DNA of 64,000 bases from a virus (Duplodnaviria; Caudoviricetes), in IMG/VR virus record IMGVR_UViG_3300043567_000458; one strand, 5' to 3'. A model generated the notes under the pieces. That model saw only the letters and a list, made by a program, of their open reading frames with translations, was not told where the DNA came from and did not search any database. The stretch's first letter is position 1, and each line of letters opens with the position of its first letter. The translations under genes were made by a program, and so were the position numbers. Of this stretch, positions 55,296-64,000 are shown piece by piece.

Positions 55296-56264
55296 TTACT
55301 TCTGACGATTGCGAATCATGGCAAGAATGTCTTGCGCACGACTAGCAGATTCTGTTGAAGCTGCCGGAGCGGCTGCTGGAGCGGCCTTAACTACAGGAGC
55401 TGGTTCGTCATCTGCATCTGCAATAGGAGCAGCAACAGCCGTTGGTCTATTAGGATCACCAGTGGCTTGGCTCATGCCTGCTGGTTTAAAATATTGTCCC
55501 CAACGTTCCATGTCATAGGCTTCACCATCTACAGAAGCTTCAAACATTTCTTTCATGACTTTAAGTTCAACATCAGTGGGTTTCTTTGGCAAGAAGCCGC
55601 TGAGATCAAAAAGACCATGTGACTCTACTGCCGCTGATTCAACATCTGTCAGTGAACGCTCACGTCGGCTCCACTTTGATGTAGAGTAGTCAGCAAAGCC
55701 ACCTTTTGATGTCTTGGCAATACGGAAGTCGAGACCTTTCAGATAGTCTGTTGGCAACTCATCCAATTCCGGATCCATCAACGCTGAACGGATGATAGCA
55801 TAGATCTGAGGTCCGATAATAAATCTACGGATAGGGTTGTCTGGAAGTTTATCTTCCTTGAGTGGATCTTCAACCACAAAGCCTTGGAAAATGTATGAAC
55901 GCTTTTTCCAATATTTACGACCCATTTCTTCCAATGATTTATCTTTAAACCAACCACGCACTTCTGATAGGATTGGACATGCTGTGCCGTCGTTATACAT
56001 TTCCACACAGGGAACTTGTACCTGCACTGCTCTGCTGTCTGTTTCACCTTTGATGCCAGCGAATGGCAATTTGATCATCGCACGTTCTACCCAGAAGAAT
56101 GTGTTGTTAGGATTGCCATCAGGTAAGAAACGTACAACGGCTTCTTTGCCTTCTTGCATATTCCAGTGTGGGTAAATTGCGTTGTCTCCACCGCCAGTGG
56201 ATTGTCCTGTGGACTTTGATTGTGCTTCTTGAAGTTTAGCACGGATTTCTGATAATGTTGCCAT
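55296..56264 (-). CDS. Single-stranded DNA-binding protein (gp32-like)
   Basis: VRFLPD, CPIL, YWKKRSY, GLDFRIAK and ADYSTSKW motifs; AP-rich linker; AGGAGG RBS. Confidence 0.88.
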   Translation of the reverse strand: MATLSEIRAKLQEAQSKSTGQSTGGGDNAIYPHWNMQEGKEAVVRFLPDGNPNNTFFWVERAMIKLPFAGIKGETDSRAVQVQVPCVEMYNDGTACPILSEVRGWFKDKSLEEMGRKYWKKRSYIFQGFVVEDPLKEDKLPDNPIRRFIIGPQIYAIIRSALMDPELDELPTDYLKGLDFRIAKTSKGGFADYSTSKWSRRERSLTDVESAAVESHGLFDLSGFLPKKPTDVELKVMKEMFEASVDGEAYDMERWGQYFKPAGMSQATGDPNRPTAVAAPIADADDEPAPVVKAAPAAAPAASTESASRAQDILAMIRNRQK

Positions 56265-56573
56265 TTTAAATGCCTCCTTGTGTTATGCCTAAAATGTTTA
56301 TATGCCTTATGCACATGTTTTATTATGCGCTTTTTATTTATCAAGGTCAACGATTATCTACGTATTTTTTGATTTATCTTACCAAAAGAAAAAGCGGGTC
56401 AGGCCCACTTTTTCTTATATGCTGCCATGGCTCGTTGCCTAGCTAGCCATAATCTAAATTTTACATACTCTGATAAGTCATCATCAACTACCTTACCAAA
56501 GTCTCGAGCCTTTAGATTACGACCAAATGTGACTTCATCATCAACAACGAAGTCACTATCGTCTAACCCGAAA

Positions 56574-56771
56574 TTACTTCGCTGGAGTAGCGGCTTTTGC
56601 GTCTGCTTTAGCTGGCTCTTTCTTAGCAGGTTCACTTTTTGCAGGCGTTGCTGCCTTTGCAGGAGCAGATGCAGCTGGTTTAGCTTCTTCTTTCTTAGCA
56701 GGTGCAGCAGGTGCTTGTGCAAATGCTGATACTGCAAATGCTGATACAATGATTGCGATTACTGATTTCAT
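56574..56771 (-). CDS. Small secreted Ala/Lys/Pro-rich protein
   Basis: Signal peptide ending AFA-Q; APAK repeats; AAGGA RBS. Confidence 0.75.
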   Translation of the reverse strand: MKSVIAIIVSAFAVSAFAQAPAAPAKKEEAKPAASAPAKAATPAKSEPAKKEPAKADAKAATPAK

Positions 56772-56877
56772 TTTAAAGTTTCCTTTAGGTTGTTTTACGC
56801 AAAGAATATTCCCTACGTATATATATAACGCTTTAATAAGACTAAACGTTTACATAAAAGTTTGATTTCATTTCGCC

Positions 56878-56902
56878 AAAAAGAAAGGGCACCTAAGTGC
56901 CC
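56878..56902 (-). terminator. Intrinsic terminator
   Basis: GGGCAC/GTGCCC stem followed by TTTCTTTTT on the minus strand. Confidence 0.7.
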
Positions 56903-56923
56903 AATCTAACTGCGACGAAACTT

Positions 56924-58816
56924 TTAATAGCCTGCTAATTCTCTAATGCGTGATAGTTCTTGAAGTTCTGGATTTTGATCGGTACTCTGCTGTGGTGCCA
57001 TACGTTCTACAAATTTACGAGCAACTTGTTCTGCCTGTTCGCCAAACTTCTTGCCTACCATAATAGCAACACCTTCTGGGCCTTTGGGAAATGTGCCTGT
57101 GTCACGATCATAAAATGATGTGATAAACTCTGCTAACTCTTCGGTGTTTAATCTTTCTTTTCTCTTTTCAAAATCACGTTTGGGTTTGTCGTCTTTGTAT
57201 TCTACATCTTTCATAGTTAACGGTGACTGGCCTGCTTTTTTTCTATCTACTGCTGGTCTTTCGTAGTCTCTTGGATTGTCGGGATCCACAGCTTCTCGCG
57301 GCAATGGCTCTTGTGCAGGCGCAACCGCTGCCGCTGGATCAACTGGTGCTGGTTCCGCTTCCGGAGCAGTTTGATCAACTCCCTGGGTCGCTTCCGGGTC
57401 ATCTACCATATCGCCAAAATCCAACTGTTCTAGTGTTTCAGGTGCATTGAATTCCAACCAATCTTTGACCAATGGTCTTACACATGCATCTGGATCTTGT
57501 GCTGCCTGTTCTTTGATTCTTTTATACAATTCTGGATCTTCGATTAATCCTTTAAGACTTTCAATGGCGTTGGTTCCATCGACACCTGCTGGGAAGTGTT
57601 GTCCTACAAGTTCTTGTAGTCCCTGTAATGCTGCTGCCTGCTCTTCAGGATCTTCACTGGTTACCGCACTTTCTTCGCCTAGTGCCATTACCCAATTTTC
57701 AAATTGAGCAAATGGGTCATTGTCTTCTGTTTCAACTGTAAGGTCTTCGTTGTTGATTTCTTCTTGTGTCATAGCGACTATGTCGTCATAGCCTATAGTG
57801 CTTCCTTCTTTCATTAGTCTGTATAAGACCGGAAACACAGTTGCAATATCTTCTTTAAACGATCTGACTGTGAATTTTTGTTTAAAATCTTCTACCACGT
57901 CTTGAGGTATTTCCTCGTTGGGGTTTGCCTGGAATGATTCTCTGTAAGCCTCGTAGTGACTTTGTTTGCTCAATGCCTTGATCTGTTCTCTAAGATGATT
58001 TAGATATTCTGTGCTTCTTTCGACCACTGAGTTGGTTTCGGAATTCATTAGATCGTTACGGACCACATAGTTACCAAAACTTTTCAACTGTGCAATTTCT
58101 TCGCTCATTTGCGTAATACTTTTGCCTAGATCATCGTAAGGCAGGCCGCCATTGGCCACATGGCGCTGCATGGCTCTAGCACCAGCTAGATGAATAAATG
58201 GATATTTGAATCTTTCACCGTCTTGATTTTCTACAAACAAGGCACCGATATTTCTGGTTCTAGAACCTGGTTGTGTGTCATCCATCACTGCTTGATTATG
58301 TTTAATGATCAAACGTGTGTCCATTAATTTTTGATAGCTCATTGTTTTGCTACCATACATTGAGCTTTCGCTCATTATGTTTTCACTCATTGTGCTTTCT
58401 CCAACTGGTTTTTGTATCGTATTTGTCTGTGGTTTAGGTTGTGCGTTCTGACTAAGGAATTGATAATCTCGTTTGTCAAGATTGTCTTTGGCAATGTCTC
58501 TGGTGTCAAAACTCAATAATCTGCGTTTGGCAAATTGACGCAGTTCTTTTAAGAATCCGTACCAATTTGTTTTTTGTCCATCATCCATGCCTTCGGTAAT
58601 TCCATTGGAAAAATACACTTTCATGGAGTTGGGTTCAGCAAGACTGATGCTGACATGCCCTATGGGATTCTGGCCTTCTGTGTAGTCAAAATCAAAGAAT
58701 CTTGCCTGTTCCGGATTGATGGTTATCTCACCGGTTTCGGCACCTAATTTCAGCCCAGAGAAGCGGCTGCGTACTTTGTAGAATAAATCGGTGGCTATGT
58801 TGTTTGTTGCGTCCAT
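56924..58816 (-). CDS. Large conserved late protein of unknown function
   Basis: About 630 aa, acidic; TAAATA 5 nt before ATG 58816. Confidence 0.8.
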   Translation of the reverse strand: MDATNNIATDLFYKVRSRFSGLKLGAETGEITINPEQARFFDFDYTEGQNPIGHVSISLAEPNSMKVYFSNGITEGMDDGQKTNWYGFLKELRQFAKRRLLSFDTRDIAKDNLDKRDYQFLSQNAQPKPQTNTIQKPVGESTMSENIMSESSMYGSKTMSYQKLMDTRLIIKHNQAVMDDTQPGSRTRNIGALFVENQDGERFKYPFIHLAGARAMQRHVANGGLPYDDLGKSITQMSEEIAQLKSFGNYVVRNDLMNSETNSVVERSTEYLNHLREQIKALSKQSHYEAYRESFQANPNEEIPQDVVEDFKQKFTVRSFKEDIATVFPVLYRLMKEGSTIGYDDIVAMTQEEINNEDLTVETEDNDPFAQFENWVMALGEESAVTSEDPEEQAAALQGLQELVGQHFPAGVDGTNAIESLKGLIEDPELYKRIKEQAAQDPDACVRPLVKDWLEFNAPETLEQLDFGDMVDDPEATQGVDQTAPEAEPAPVDPAAAVAPAQEPLPREAVDPDNPRDYERPAVDRKKAGQSPLTMKDVEYKDDKPKRDFEKRKERLNTEELAEFITSFYDRDTGTFPKGPEGVAIMVGKKFGEQAEQVARKFVERMAPQQSTDQNPELQELSRIRELAGY

Positions 58817-58827
58817 AAGTATATTTA

Positions 58828-60414
58828 TCAAAGACCCATACTGACAAAGATCGGCATAGGCATGGATTCATCGGTGATTTTTTCTGTCATTTTATCGTAG
58901 ATCTGCGGATCCCAGTCCGCTAACACATCTGCCATGCGCATGATTAACAGTGTTGAACTGACTAAATCGTCATGTTCTCCACTCTTGGCTTTAAAACCCA
59001 GCCCTGAAGCAATATATGTTTTTAGCTCAGATATCAACGGTTTGCTGTTGATAGTCATCTTGTGATTTTCGATCATGTTTTTTAGTTGACTGCAAGCAGA
59101 TATTTTACTTCTGTGCGTGGTATTAAATCCTTTACGGAACTTGCGTATGTGTCCTTTGCGGATGGGCTCACTAAGAAACAGTCCATGAAAGTTTTCTTCG
59201 CCTATATCGTTGATAACTATCAGAGCAGATTCACCTATTGTATTATTTTCAACACTGTAATACATGATAGGTGCACCGCCTCGTTCTTCGCCTCTGTCAT
59301 GTATGTATTTTAGTATTTCTCTCAAGACTCTGACCTGTTGCTGCACAGGCGTGGTATTGTGATGCCACTCTGCTACTTGTATCATTTCAGGCATTTCGTA
59401 GACTTGGATGGCTCCGTAGTCACCACCTGTGCCTAGGCTGGGATCTAAAGCTATTAGATATGTGGCTTTGGGATTTATATCTTTATACCAACGAGTCTGC
59501 CCCATGTTCATCATAGGGTCTGAACCTGCAAGTTCAACCAACTTCACAGAGTTGATTAAAGTTTCGTCATAGATCAAGAACTCGCATTCAAACTCTCTAC
59601 GGAACCGTTCTTCGCCAATCTTGGCACGTTCTAATCTAGCCCACTCGTCATCCCTGTCTGGATGTTCCTTCCAGTGTGCGAAGAAGGGGAAGAAACCGTT
59701 GACTCCTAGTTTAGTTTCATTGCCGAAGTCGTCAAACCGTTTGTTGGCTTCTAACCAAATCATAGCAAATTGATCTTCGTCACTGTTAGGAGTTGATGTG
59801 ATAATAGCTTTACCGCCTGTGGCCAGCGTAGGTGATAATGCTGTCCAGAATTCTTTGGCTTTTTCCGGCGGCTGCACGAATGCAAACTCATCGCAATAGA
59901 TTAGAGAAAGAGATTTACCACGACCTGTGTTTTCTGTGGTAGTAGTTGCTTGTATACGTGATCCGTTGTCGTATTCAATGGTGTTTCTGTTGTATGAATA
60001 CACTCCAGCTCGAATAAAGTCGGGTAAATTTTCATAGGCGTATCTATAACGATCCATGATGTCTCGAGCACCTTCATACTTGTGTGCCGCTATCAATACC
60101 TGCACATCTGGCATAAACTGTGTATACCACAACAGGTATGCCACTGCACATGTAGTCTTACCCATCTGGCGCGGCAACATGGCTATGCATTCTTTGTTTG
60201 TGTGATATGCGTCAATCAACAATTCTTGAAACCCGTAGGGCTCAAATGGTATTGATCCTCTAGTAGGGTGTTGTATCTTGATAAAGTTTTTAGCAAAGTA
60301 TAGCGGACCGGTTACTGGATCCATACAAGCTTCTAGATGCTTGACTTCGTCGAGATTATAGCGTATCTGTGCATGGGCTTTCTTAATTAGATTGCCGTCT
60401 AAGGATTTTGACAT
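58828..60414 (-). CDS. terL: Terminase large subunit (gp17-like)
   Basis: PRQMGKT Walker A, YCDEFAF Walker B, TSTPN, ALDPS and HDDLV nuclease motifs. Confidence 0.95.
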   Translation of the reverse strand: MSKSLDGNLIKKAHAQIRYNLDEVKHLEACMDPVTGPLYFAKNFIKIQHPTRGSIPFEPYGFQELLIDAYHTNKECIAMLPRQMGKTTCAVAYLLWYTQFMPDVQVLIAAHKYEGARDIMDRYRYAYENLPDFIRAGVYSYNRNTIEYDNGSRIQATTTTENTGRGKSLSLIYCDEFAFVQPPEKAKEFWTALSPTLATGGKAIITSTPNSDEDQFAMIWLEANKRFDDFGNETKLGVNGFFPFFAHWKEHPDRDDEWARLERAKIGEERFRREFECEFLIYDETLINSVKLVELAGSDPMMNMGQTRWYKDINPKATYLIALDPSLGTGGDYGAIQVYEMPEMIQVAEWHHNTTPVQQQVRVLREILKYIHDRGEERGGAPIMYYSVENNTIGESALIVINDIGEENFHGLFLSEPIRKGHIRKFRKGFNTTHRSKISACSQLKNMIENHKMTINSKPLISELKTYIASGLGFKAKSGEHDDLVSSTLLIMRMADVLADWDPQIYDKMTEKITDESMPMPIFVSMGL

Positions 60415-60428
60415 ATGTTTATTTAATG

Positions 60429-60456
60429 AAAAAAATAGGCTCCGAAGAGCCTATTT
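60429..60456 (-). terminator. Intrinsic terminator with C(UUCG)G loop
   Basis: Minus strand AAATAGGCTC-TTCG-GAGCCTATTT-TTTT. Confidence 0.9.
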
Positions 60457-60472
60457 GATTTATTAGTTTATA

Positions 60473-61117
60473 TTAACTGTCTATGGTTTCTGCTGCATCA
60501 ACAAGGGTTACGGCCACGTCTTTGTAAATGTCCGCAAGTGAGTCGGGCAACGTAACAGTCAAAGATTCTTGTATTTCAGCACCTTGACTGCCATCAAACA
60601 CTCTCATGCTTTTAACGTGATTGGTTCTGCCAATGGCCTGACCAATTTGATAGCGTAGAGCTTTGGCTGTTGTATCAACTGTAATTGTACCGTCTGTGGT
60701 AGCTGTAAATTGGAATGGTGTTCCAATTTCTGCTCTTGTGCCGCCCAATACGCCGTCTGCTGTGCCTGCACCTGCTGCACCTGCACGATCATATCTCACT
60801 GTAAAAGTCACTGCTGTTGCCTGGTTGTCTGCCACCGTTGCACCAGCACTGGTAAACTGCACGTCTTGAATCTGTGCATCAGCATATTTTTGTAGATTTT
60901 CGATAATGGCTAAGAAACGTTGATGAGCTCTGGCTACACGACGACCAATGGCTAATGTAGTTGGTTTGGTTGTAAATGCACTGTGATCTTGTGGGCATAC
61001 CGCTCCGTTATCGTTGCCATCTGCTGTAGGATATGTTCCTGCACCACCAGACAATGTGATTACCACTTGATAAAATTCTGGTCTTAGCGACTCAGTTGAA
61101 ATTTTAAATCCTGACAT
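60473..61117 (-). CDS. Hypothetical (probable virion) protein
   Basis: 214 aa, A/T/G-rich, in the head-gene operon. Confidence 0.75.
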   Translation of the reverse strand: MSGFKISTESLRPEFYQVVITLSGGAGTYPTADGNDNGAVCPQDHSAFTTKPTTLAIGRRVARAHQRFLAIIENLQKYADAQIQDVQFTSAGATVADNQATAVTFTVRYDRAGAAGAGTADGVLGGTRAEIGTPFQFTATTDGTITVDTTAKALRYQIGQAIGRTNHVKSMRVFDGSQGAEIQESLTVTLPDSLADIYKDVAVTLVDAAETIDS

Positions 61118-61794
61118 TATTTTGCTCCTTTAGCTTCTGACAATCTTTGAAGCAGTTCTTCTCGTATACTAGCACGTAGTTGTTCTTTGCTTTCGTAAGC
61201 GCCAGCTGCCATAGGGTTGTCACCGCGATATGGTTTGCCACTGAAGCTTTTCTTAGGCTTGTTTAGATCATTCCCGTCCGGGATAGCAGCGTCAATACCT
61301 GCATATTCTGTCTCTGATCCGTTTAGTGAATTACCAAATGCTTCTTCTTTGTCTTTTTTCTTTTCCATGTCATGATCATCCATGTCATGGTCACCGTCGT
61401 CGTCTTGATCTAGAGTTTTGATCAAGGGTTTTTCATCTGCGTGATCTTTTTCGTGTGCATCAAGATCTCCGCTGTTATCATAATCGCTGTCCATGTCTGG
61501 CAGCATTTTCAATGGAGGTAGTCCGCCCATAGGCTTGTCCATAGGTTCGATGCTGATAGAATTCATCGGTGCTGGCTGATTAATCATGTCTGGATTAACT
61601 TTGGTCATCAGCTTCATTAGTTCTTCGATGTTGTCCATGCCTTGTGCATTGAGATTTAAACTCATGCTTGGTGGCGGTGTGTCTGGTTTCTCTGGCATCG
61701 ATGGCATGCTCATTGGCATAGGTGAGTCACCACAGGCTTCTGTGGCGGGCCTGTCTAATTCCTGCATCTTTGCCATTAGTTCTTGAAAGTTCAT
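61117..61794 (-). CDS. Acidic low-complexity protein, possible prohead scaffold/core
   Basis: M/P/D-rich with a C-terminal helix; position near the terminase genes. Confidence 0.6.
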   Translation of the reverse strand: MNFQELMAKMQELDRPATEACGDSPMPMSMPSMPEKPDTPPPSMSLNLNAQGMDNIEELMKLMTKVNPDMINQPAPMNSISIEPMDKPMGGLPPLKMLPDMDSDYDNSGDLDAHEKDHADEKPLIKTLDQDDDGDHDMDDHDMEKKKDKEEAFGNSLNGSETEYAGIDAAIPDGNDLNKPKKSFSGKPYRGDNPMAAGAYESKEQLRASIREELLQRLSEAKGAK

Positions 61795-61796
61795 AG

Positions 61797-62393
61797 TTAA
61801 TTTCCTTTGCGTGGATCTTGTTTGCCAGCAGTTGACATTGGACTCATAGATCCAGCTTTGTCTGTTTTTTGCTTGGGTATTTTATATTCAGCAGCAAATC
61901 CATCTTTGGTTCTCTGCTTGGCTGTTTTGCTTAAATCTTTAAGAAACCCTTTGTTAAAATCATCACCAAAATAATCTTTGTGTTTGATTTTTCCTGTGCC
62001 TTTGTCTAAATCTTGTTCATCCAACATGGCTTCACCGCTGGGTTCATCGTCCAGTAATACCTGATCTGCTTCTGTAGGCTCGCCACTGTTTCTAACACGG
62101 AAACAATCTTCATCAATGCCCATGGCTTTGACATGAGTAGCAATTTCAGGCGGTGTTGTAGGATATTCGCAGATCACTTCATATATAGTAACCTGCATGT
62201 TTTCTTTGCCTGGAAAATCTAAGGGCAATTTTTGTATAGGTGTTGTTGACAGCTTTTCAAAGGTCATAACCTTGCAGCTGTCCAGGCGTGACTTTAGTGC
62301 TTCTTGGAATTTTTCAGGAACATCGCCCGCAACTTTGATCTTAAAGCTGTAAATTTTTTTGTTTTCGACGAGATATTCTTTAAAAGTTTTCAT
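61797..62393 (-). CDS. Putative head internal/core protein
   Basis: MKTFKEYLVE N-terminus like the T4 capsid-targeting sequence; TAAATA 5 nt upstream. Confidence 0.7.
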   Translation of the reverse strand: MKTFKEYLVENKKIYSFKIKVAGDVPEKFQEALKSRLDSCKVMTFEKLSTTPIQKLPLDFPGKENMQVTIYEVICEYPTTPPEIATHVKAMGIDEDCFRVRNSGEPTEADQVLLDDEPSGEAMLDEQDLDKGTGKIKHKDYFGDDFNKGFLKDLSKTAKQRTKDGFAAEYKIPKQKTDKAGSMSPMSTAGKQDPRKGN

Positions 62394-62401
62394 ATGAGTA
62401 T

Positions 62402-62872
62402 TTATGCTTTTCCGCTTAATTTTTTCAGCAGTTCGTTGCGATCGGTGATCACATAGCCCTGTCCATTTATCACGTTGTTGGGATCTACCCCAGCATCGTT
62501 GTCTATTTTTAGTTTTTTCAGCTGTAGATCTACAGCTTTGAGTTTCTTTTCTATCTTGTTGCTTTTGGCAGTGATAGCATTGCCCATCATTGAGCTAGCT
62601 ACTTCAAATATCCTACCCGAATATCTCACTTCCACGTTCATACCAAGGTCCATGAGATCGTCGTAGGCTTGTTCTGCTTTTTTGGCAAGATTGTCTAGTT
62701 CTTGCTCATCAAGATTTTCTAGTTCTTGTATATGTGGCAGTGTTTGCACGATCTTTTGCACTGCTTGATACTGATCATCGAGACTGTTAATTTCTTCATG
62801 CACAGGCGGTGGTGGTGCTGTAGGCTCGGCTTGAGATTCTAAATCAAATAGTTCTTCTAATTTTTTCGTCAT
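62402..62872 (-). CDS. Putative terminase small subunit
   Basis: 156-aa helical protein (YDDLMDLGMNVE..., AITAK...KLQLKK); packaging context. Confidence 0.55.
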   Translation of the reverse strand: MTKKLEELFDLESQAEPTAPPPPVHEEINSLDDQYQAVQKIVQTLPHIQELENLDEQELDNLAKKAEQAYDDLMDLGMNVEVRYSGRIFEVASSMMGNAITAKSNKIEKKLKAVDLQLKKLKIDNDAGVDPNNVINGQGYVITDRNELLKKLSGKA

Positions 62873-63447
62873 ATCATACTTATCTGTGTTTTAACCCAGT
62901 CTCTATATTCTACAGTTTTAAATTCTATATCTTTATTCACATACCAGGTTTCAAAATGACATTCACCTGTCCAAGATTTTCTTCTTCTAATAGCAAACAC
63001 ATTATTTACTGCAACTTTGTATCCTTTGCTATCTAGATATTCTTTTGCAGAATTACATGTTTCCAAAAATCCTTTTTCTTCTCGCCAATAATCGTCATGT
63101 TCAAAAGTTATACAGTCAAAAACAATACCCTGATTGATTACATTTTTAAGTGCCTGCAATGTTAATTCTGGAGGATTAATGTCACAACTCAAATATCCTA
63201 TTCGATCTTTTAAATTATACTTGTAATTAACTGCGTCTGTATAATAGCAAGAATTACCCCTGATGTTAGACCAGTCTGCTTTAAAATCTGCATTAAGTTC
63301 TAAACTAATACCCGACCAGCCCTGTTTTTCTAACAAAAACGTATTACTCAGTTTTATAGGATCTGCTGCACCAATTTCTACATATGATTTGTGATTGCAA
63401 ATTTGAAGCGCAAAGATATCTTGACCAACCTGTGAATAATGCATCAT
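62869..63447 (-). CDS. FkbM-like methyltransferase
   Basis: YSQVGQD, YVEIGA..P...SNT..LE..GWSG and YLSCDI motifs. Confidence 0.75.
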   Translation of the reverse strand: MMHYSQVGQDIFALQICNHKSYVEIGAADPIKLSNTFLLEKQGWSGISLELNADFKADWSNIRGNSCYYTDAVNYKYNLKDRIGYLSCDINPPELTLQALKNVINQGIVFDCITFEHDDYWREEKGFLETCNSAKEYLDSKGYKVAVNNVFAIRRRKSWTGECHFETWYVNKDIEFKTVEYRDWVKTQISMI

Positions 63448-63884
63448 TTTCTTTTTGATCCTTGATGGAAAATATCACCTTCATTGACCACCCTGAATCT
63501 AAGGCCCTGCTGTTTGCACCAAGCTGTGGCAGCTTCCCATTTGGCCATGTTTTTAATATATTGCTCTTGGTTGTATCGGCTTTTGCCCACCGACTCTCTT
63601 AGTGTTTGACTCTGCGGTTTTACTTCAACAACTTCTGCATGTTTCTTACCAGTTTTGTCCTTGTAGACCACAAAGAAATCAGGCACATATATTGTGTATT
63701 TGCCCGTCAAGGGATCTCTATACGGTATCTGTATGCTTTCGCTGGCCCAATTTTCTACACCTTGATGCTCATCCAACATGCGCATGAACACAAATTCCCA
63801 TGAACTACGAGCCAATGGTATTTTCTTGCCGACATACTTGTCGGGATTTTTCATTTCAAATCGTCCCTGTGCAAATTTAGACAT
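63444..63884 (-). CDS. Head-completion nuclease (T4 gp4-like; TnsA N-terminal fold)
   Basis: RSSWE, WASE.IQIPY, YVPDF and VEVKP motifs. Confidence 0.82.
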   Translation of the reverse strand: MSKFAQGRFEMKNPDKYVGKKIPLARSSWEFVFMRMLDEHQGVENWASESIQIPYRDPLTGKYTIYVPDFFVVYKDKTGKKHAEVVEVKPQSQTLRESVGKSRYNQEQYIKNMAKWEAATAWCKQQGLRFRVVNEGDIFHQGSKRK

Positions 63885-64000
63885 TAGGCAGCGATATTTC
63901 TAGTCTTATTGTTATCGACGTTTTGAGTTCTATATCCCAATATAGATGTAGGCACGCGATTGTTGTTAAGTATTTCTGCAACTATCTGGCTCAATGAAAC
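63884..64000 (-). CDS. 3' end of a gene entering from outside the window
   Basis: Open frame ...VSLSQIVAEILNNNRVPTSILGYRTQNVDNNKTRNIAA* with TAATG coupling to the gp4-like gene. Confidence 0.6.
   Translation of the reverse strand, partial: VSLSQIVAEILNNNRVPTSILGYRTQNVDNNKTRNIAA

Larger units (their letters stand above)
1319..62404. promoter_or_regulatory. Dispersed T4-late-type TAAATA promoters placed 4-5 nt before start codons
   Basis: Plus: 3694, 16863, 17807, 21615, 22898. Minus (TATTTA on plus): 1319, 3327, 3646, 26803, 53249, 58822, 60420, 62399. Variant TAAGTA at 62877. Confidence 0.75.

Noticed and set aside
27031-60414. Inteins or group I introns in helicase, RecA, UvsW or terminase
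   Set aside because: Lengths are ordinary and the motifs are contiguous; no splice-junction or LAGLIDADG signatures.
27002-63803. Plus-strand ORFs antisense to the replication, glycan and packaging genes (e.g. 27650..28030, 43745..44065, 54566..54922)
   Set aside because: Fully nested antisense to well-supported genes, with no RBS or motif.
1-64000. Alternative genetic code (stop-codon reassignment), as in some large phages
   Set aside because: Core genes are full-length under the standard code, and TAA, TGA and TAG all terminate genes at sensible positions.

Overview
A 64-kb segment of a large lytic dsDNA tailed phage of the T4-related/jumbo myovirus type. There is no integrase, CRISPR array or rRNA, and the standard genetic code reads normally. 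(1) 1-3.9 kb, mostly minus strand: late/virion genes, including a collagen-like tail fibre. (2) 4.8-21 kb, plus strand: an early accessory region with two tRNAs (anticodons CAU and UCU) and about 45 mostly small genes. These are driven by 22 near-consensus sigma70 promoters with exact 17-bp spacing, a conserved AGGAGCGA leader motif and shared stem-loop elements. The region includes two AAA ATPases, a vWA/metallopeptidase protein, a GIY-YIG nuclease, a PD-(D/E)xK-like protein and a DNA methyltransferase. (3) 21-27 kb: mixed accessory genes (2OG-Fe(II) oxygenase, GNAT-like protein, BI-1/YccA, Pol-beta nucleotidyltransferase). (4) 27-64 kb, mostly minus strand: replication/recombination core (helicase, primase, UvsW, UvsY, UvsX/RecA, gp32-like SSB, a 192-aa miniature DnaE-like protein) and packaging genes (large terminase, putative small terminase, gp4-like nuclease). 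A carbamoyltransferase and a ~20-kb glycan-synthesis locus are interleaved with this core. The locus holds a dehydratase/reductase/2-epimerase trio, about ten glycosyltransferase-like genes including five KpsS-like paralogues, methyltransferases, an oxygenase and cupins. The best candidates for novelty are: the apparently late-expressed glycosylation locus; a translational-control architecture of AGGAGCGA-led early genes, two 3'-UTR hairpins complementary to that leader, and widespread leaderless starts; and the mini-DnaE. All functional calls come from motif recognition by eye; no database search was run.
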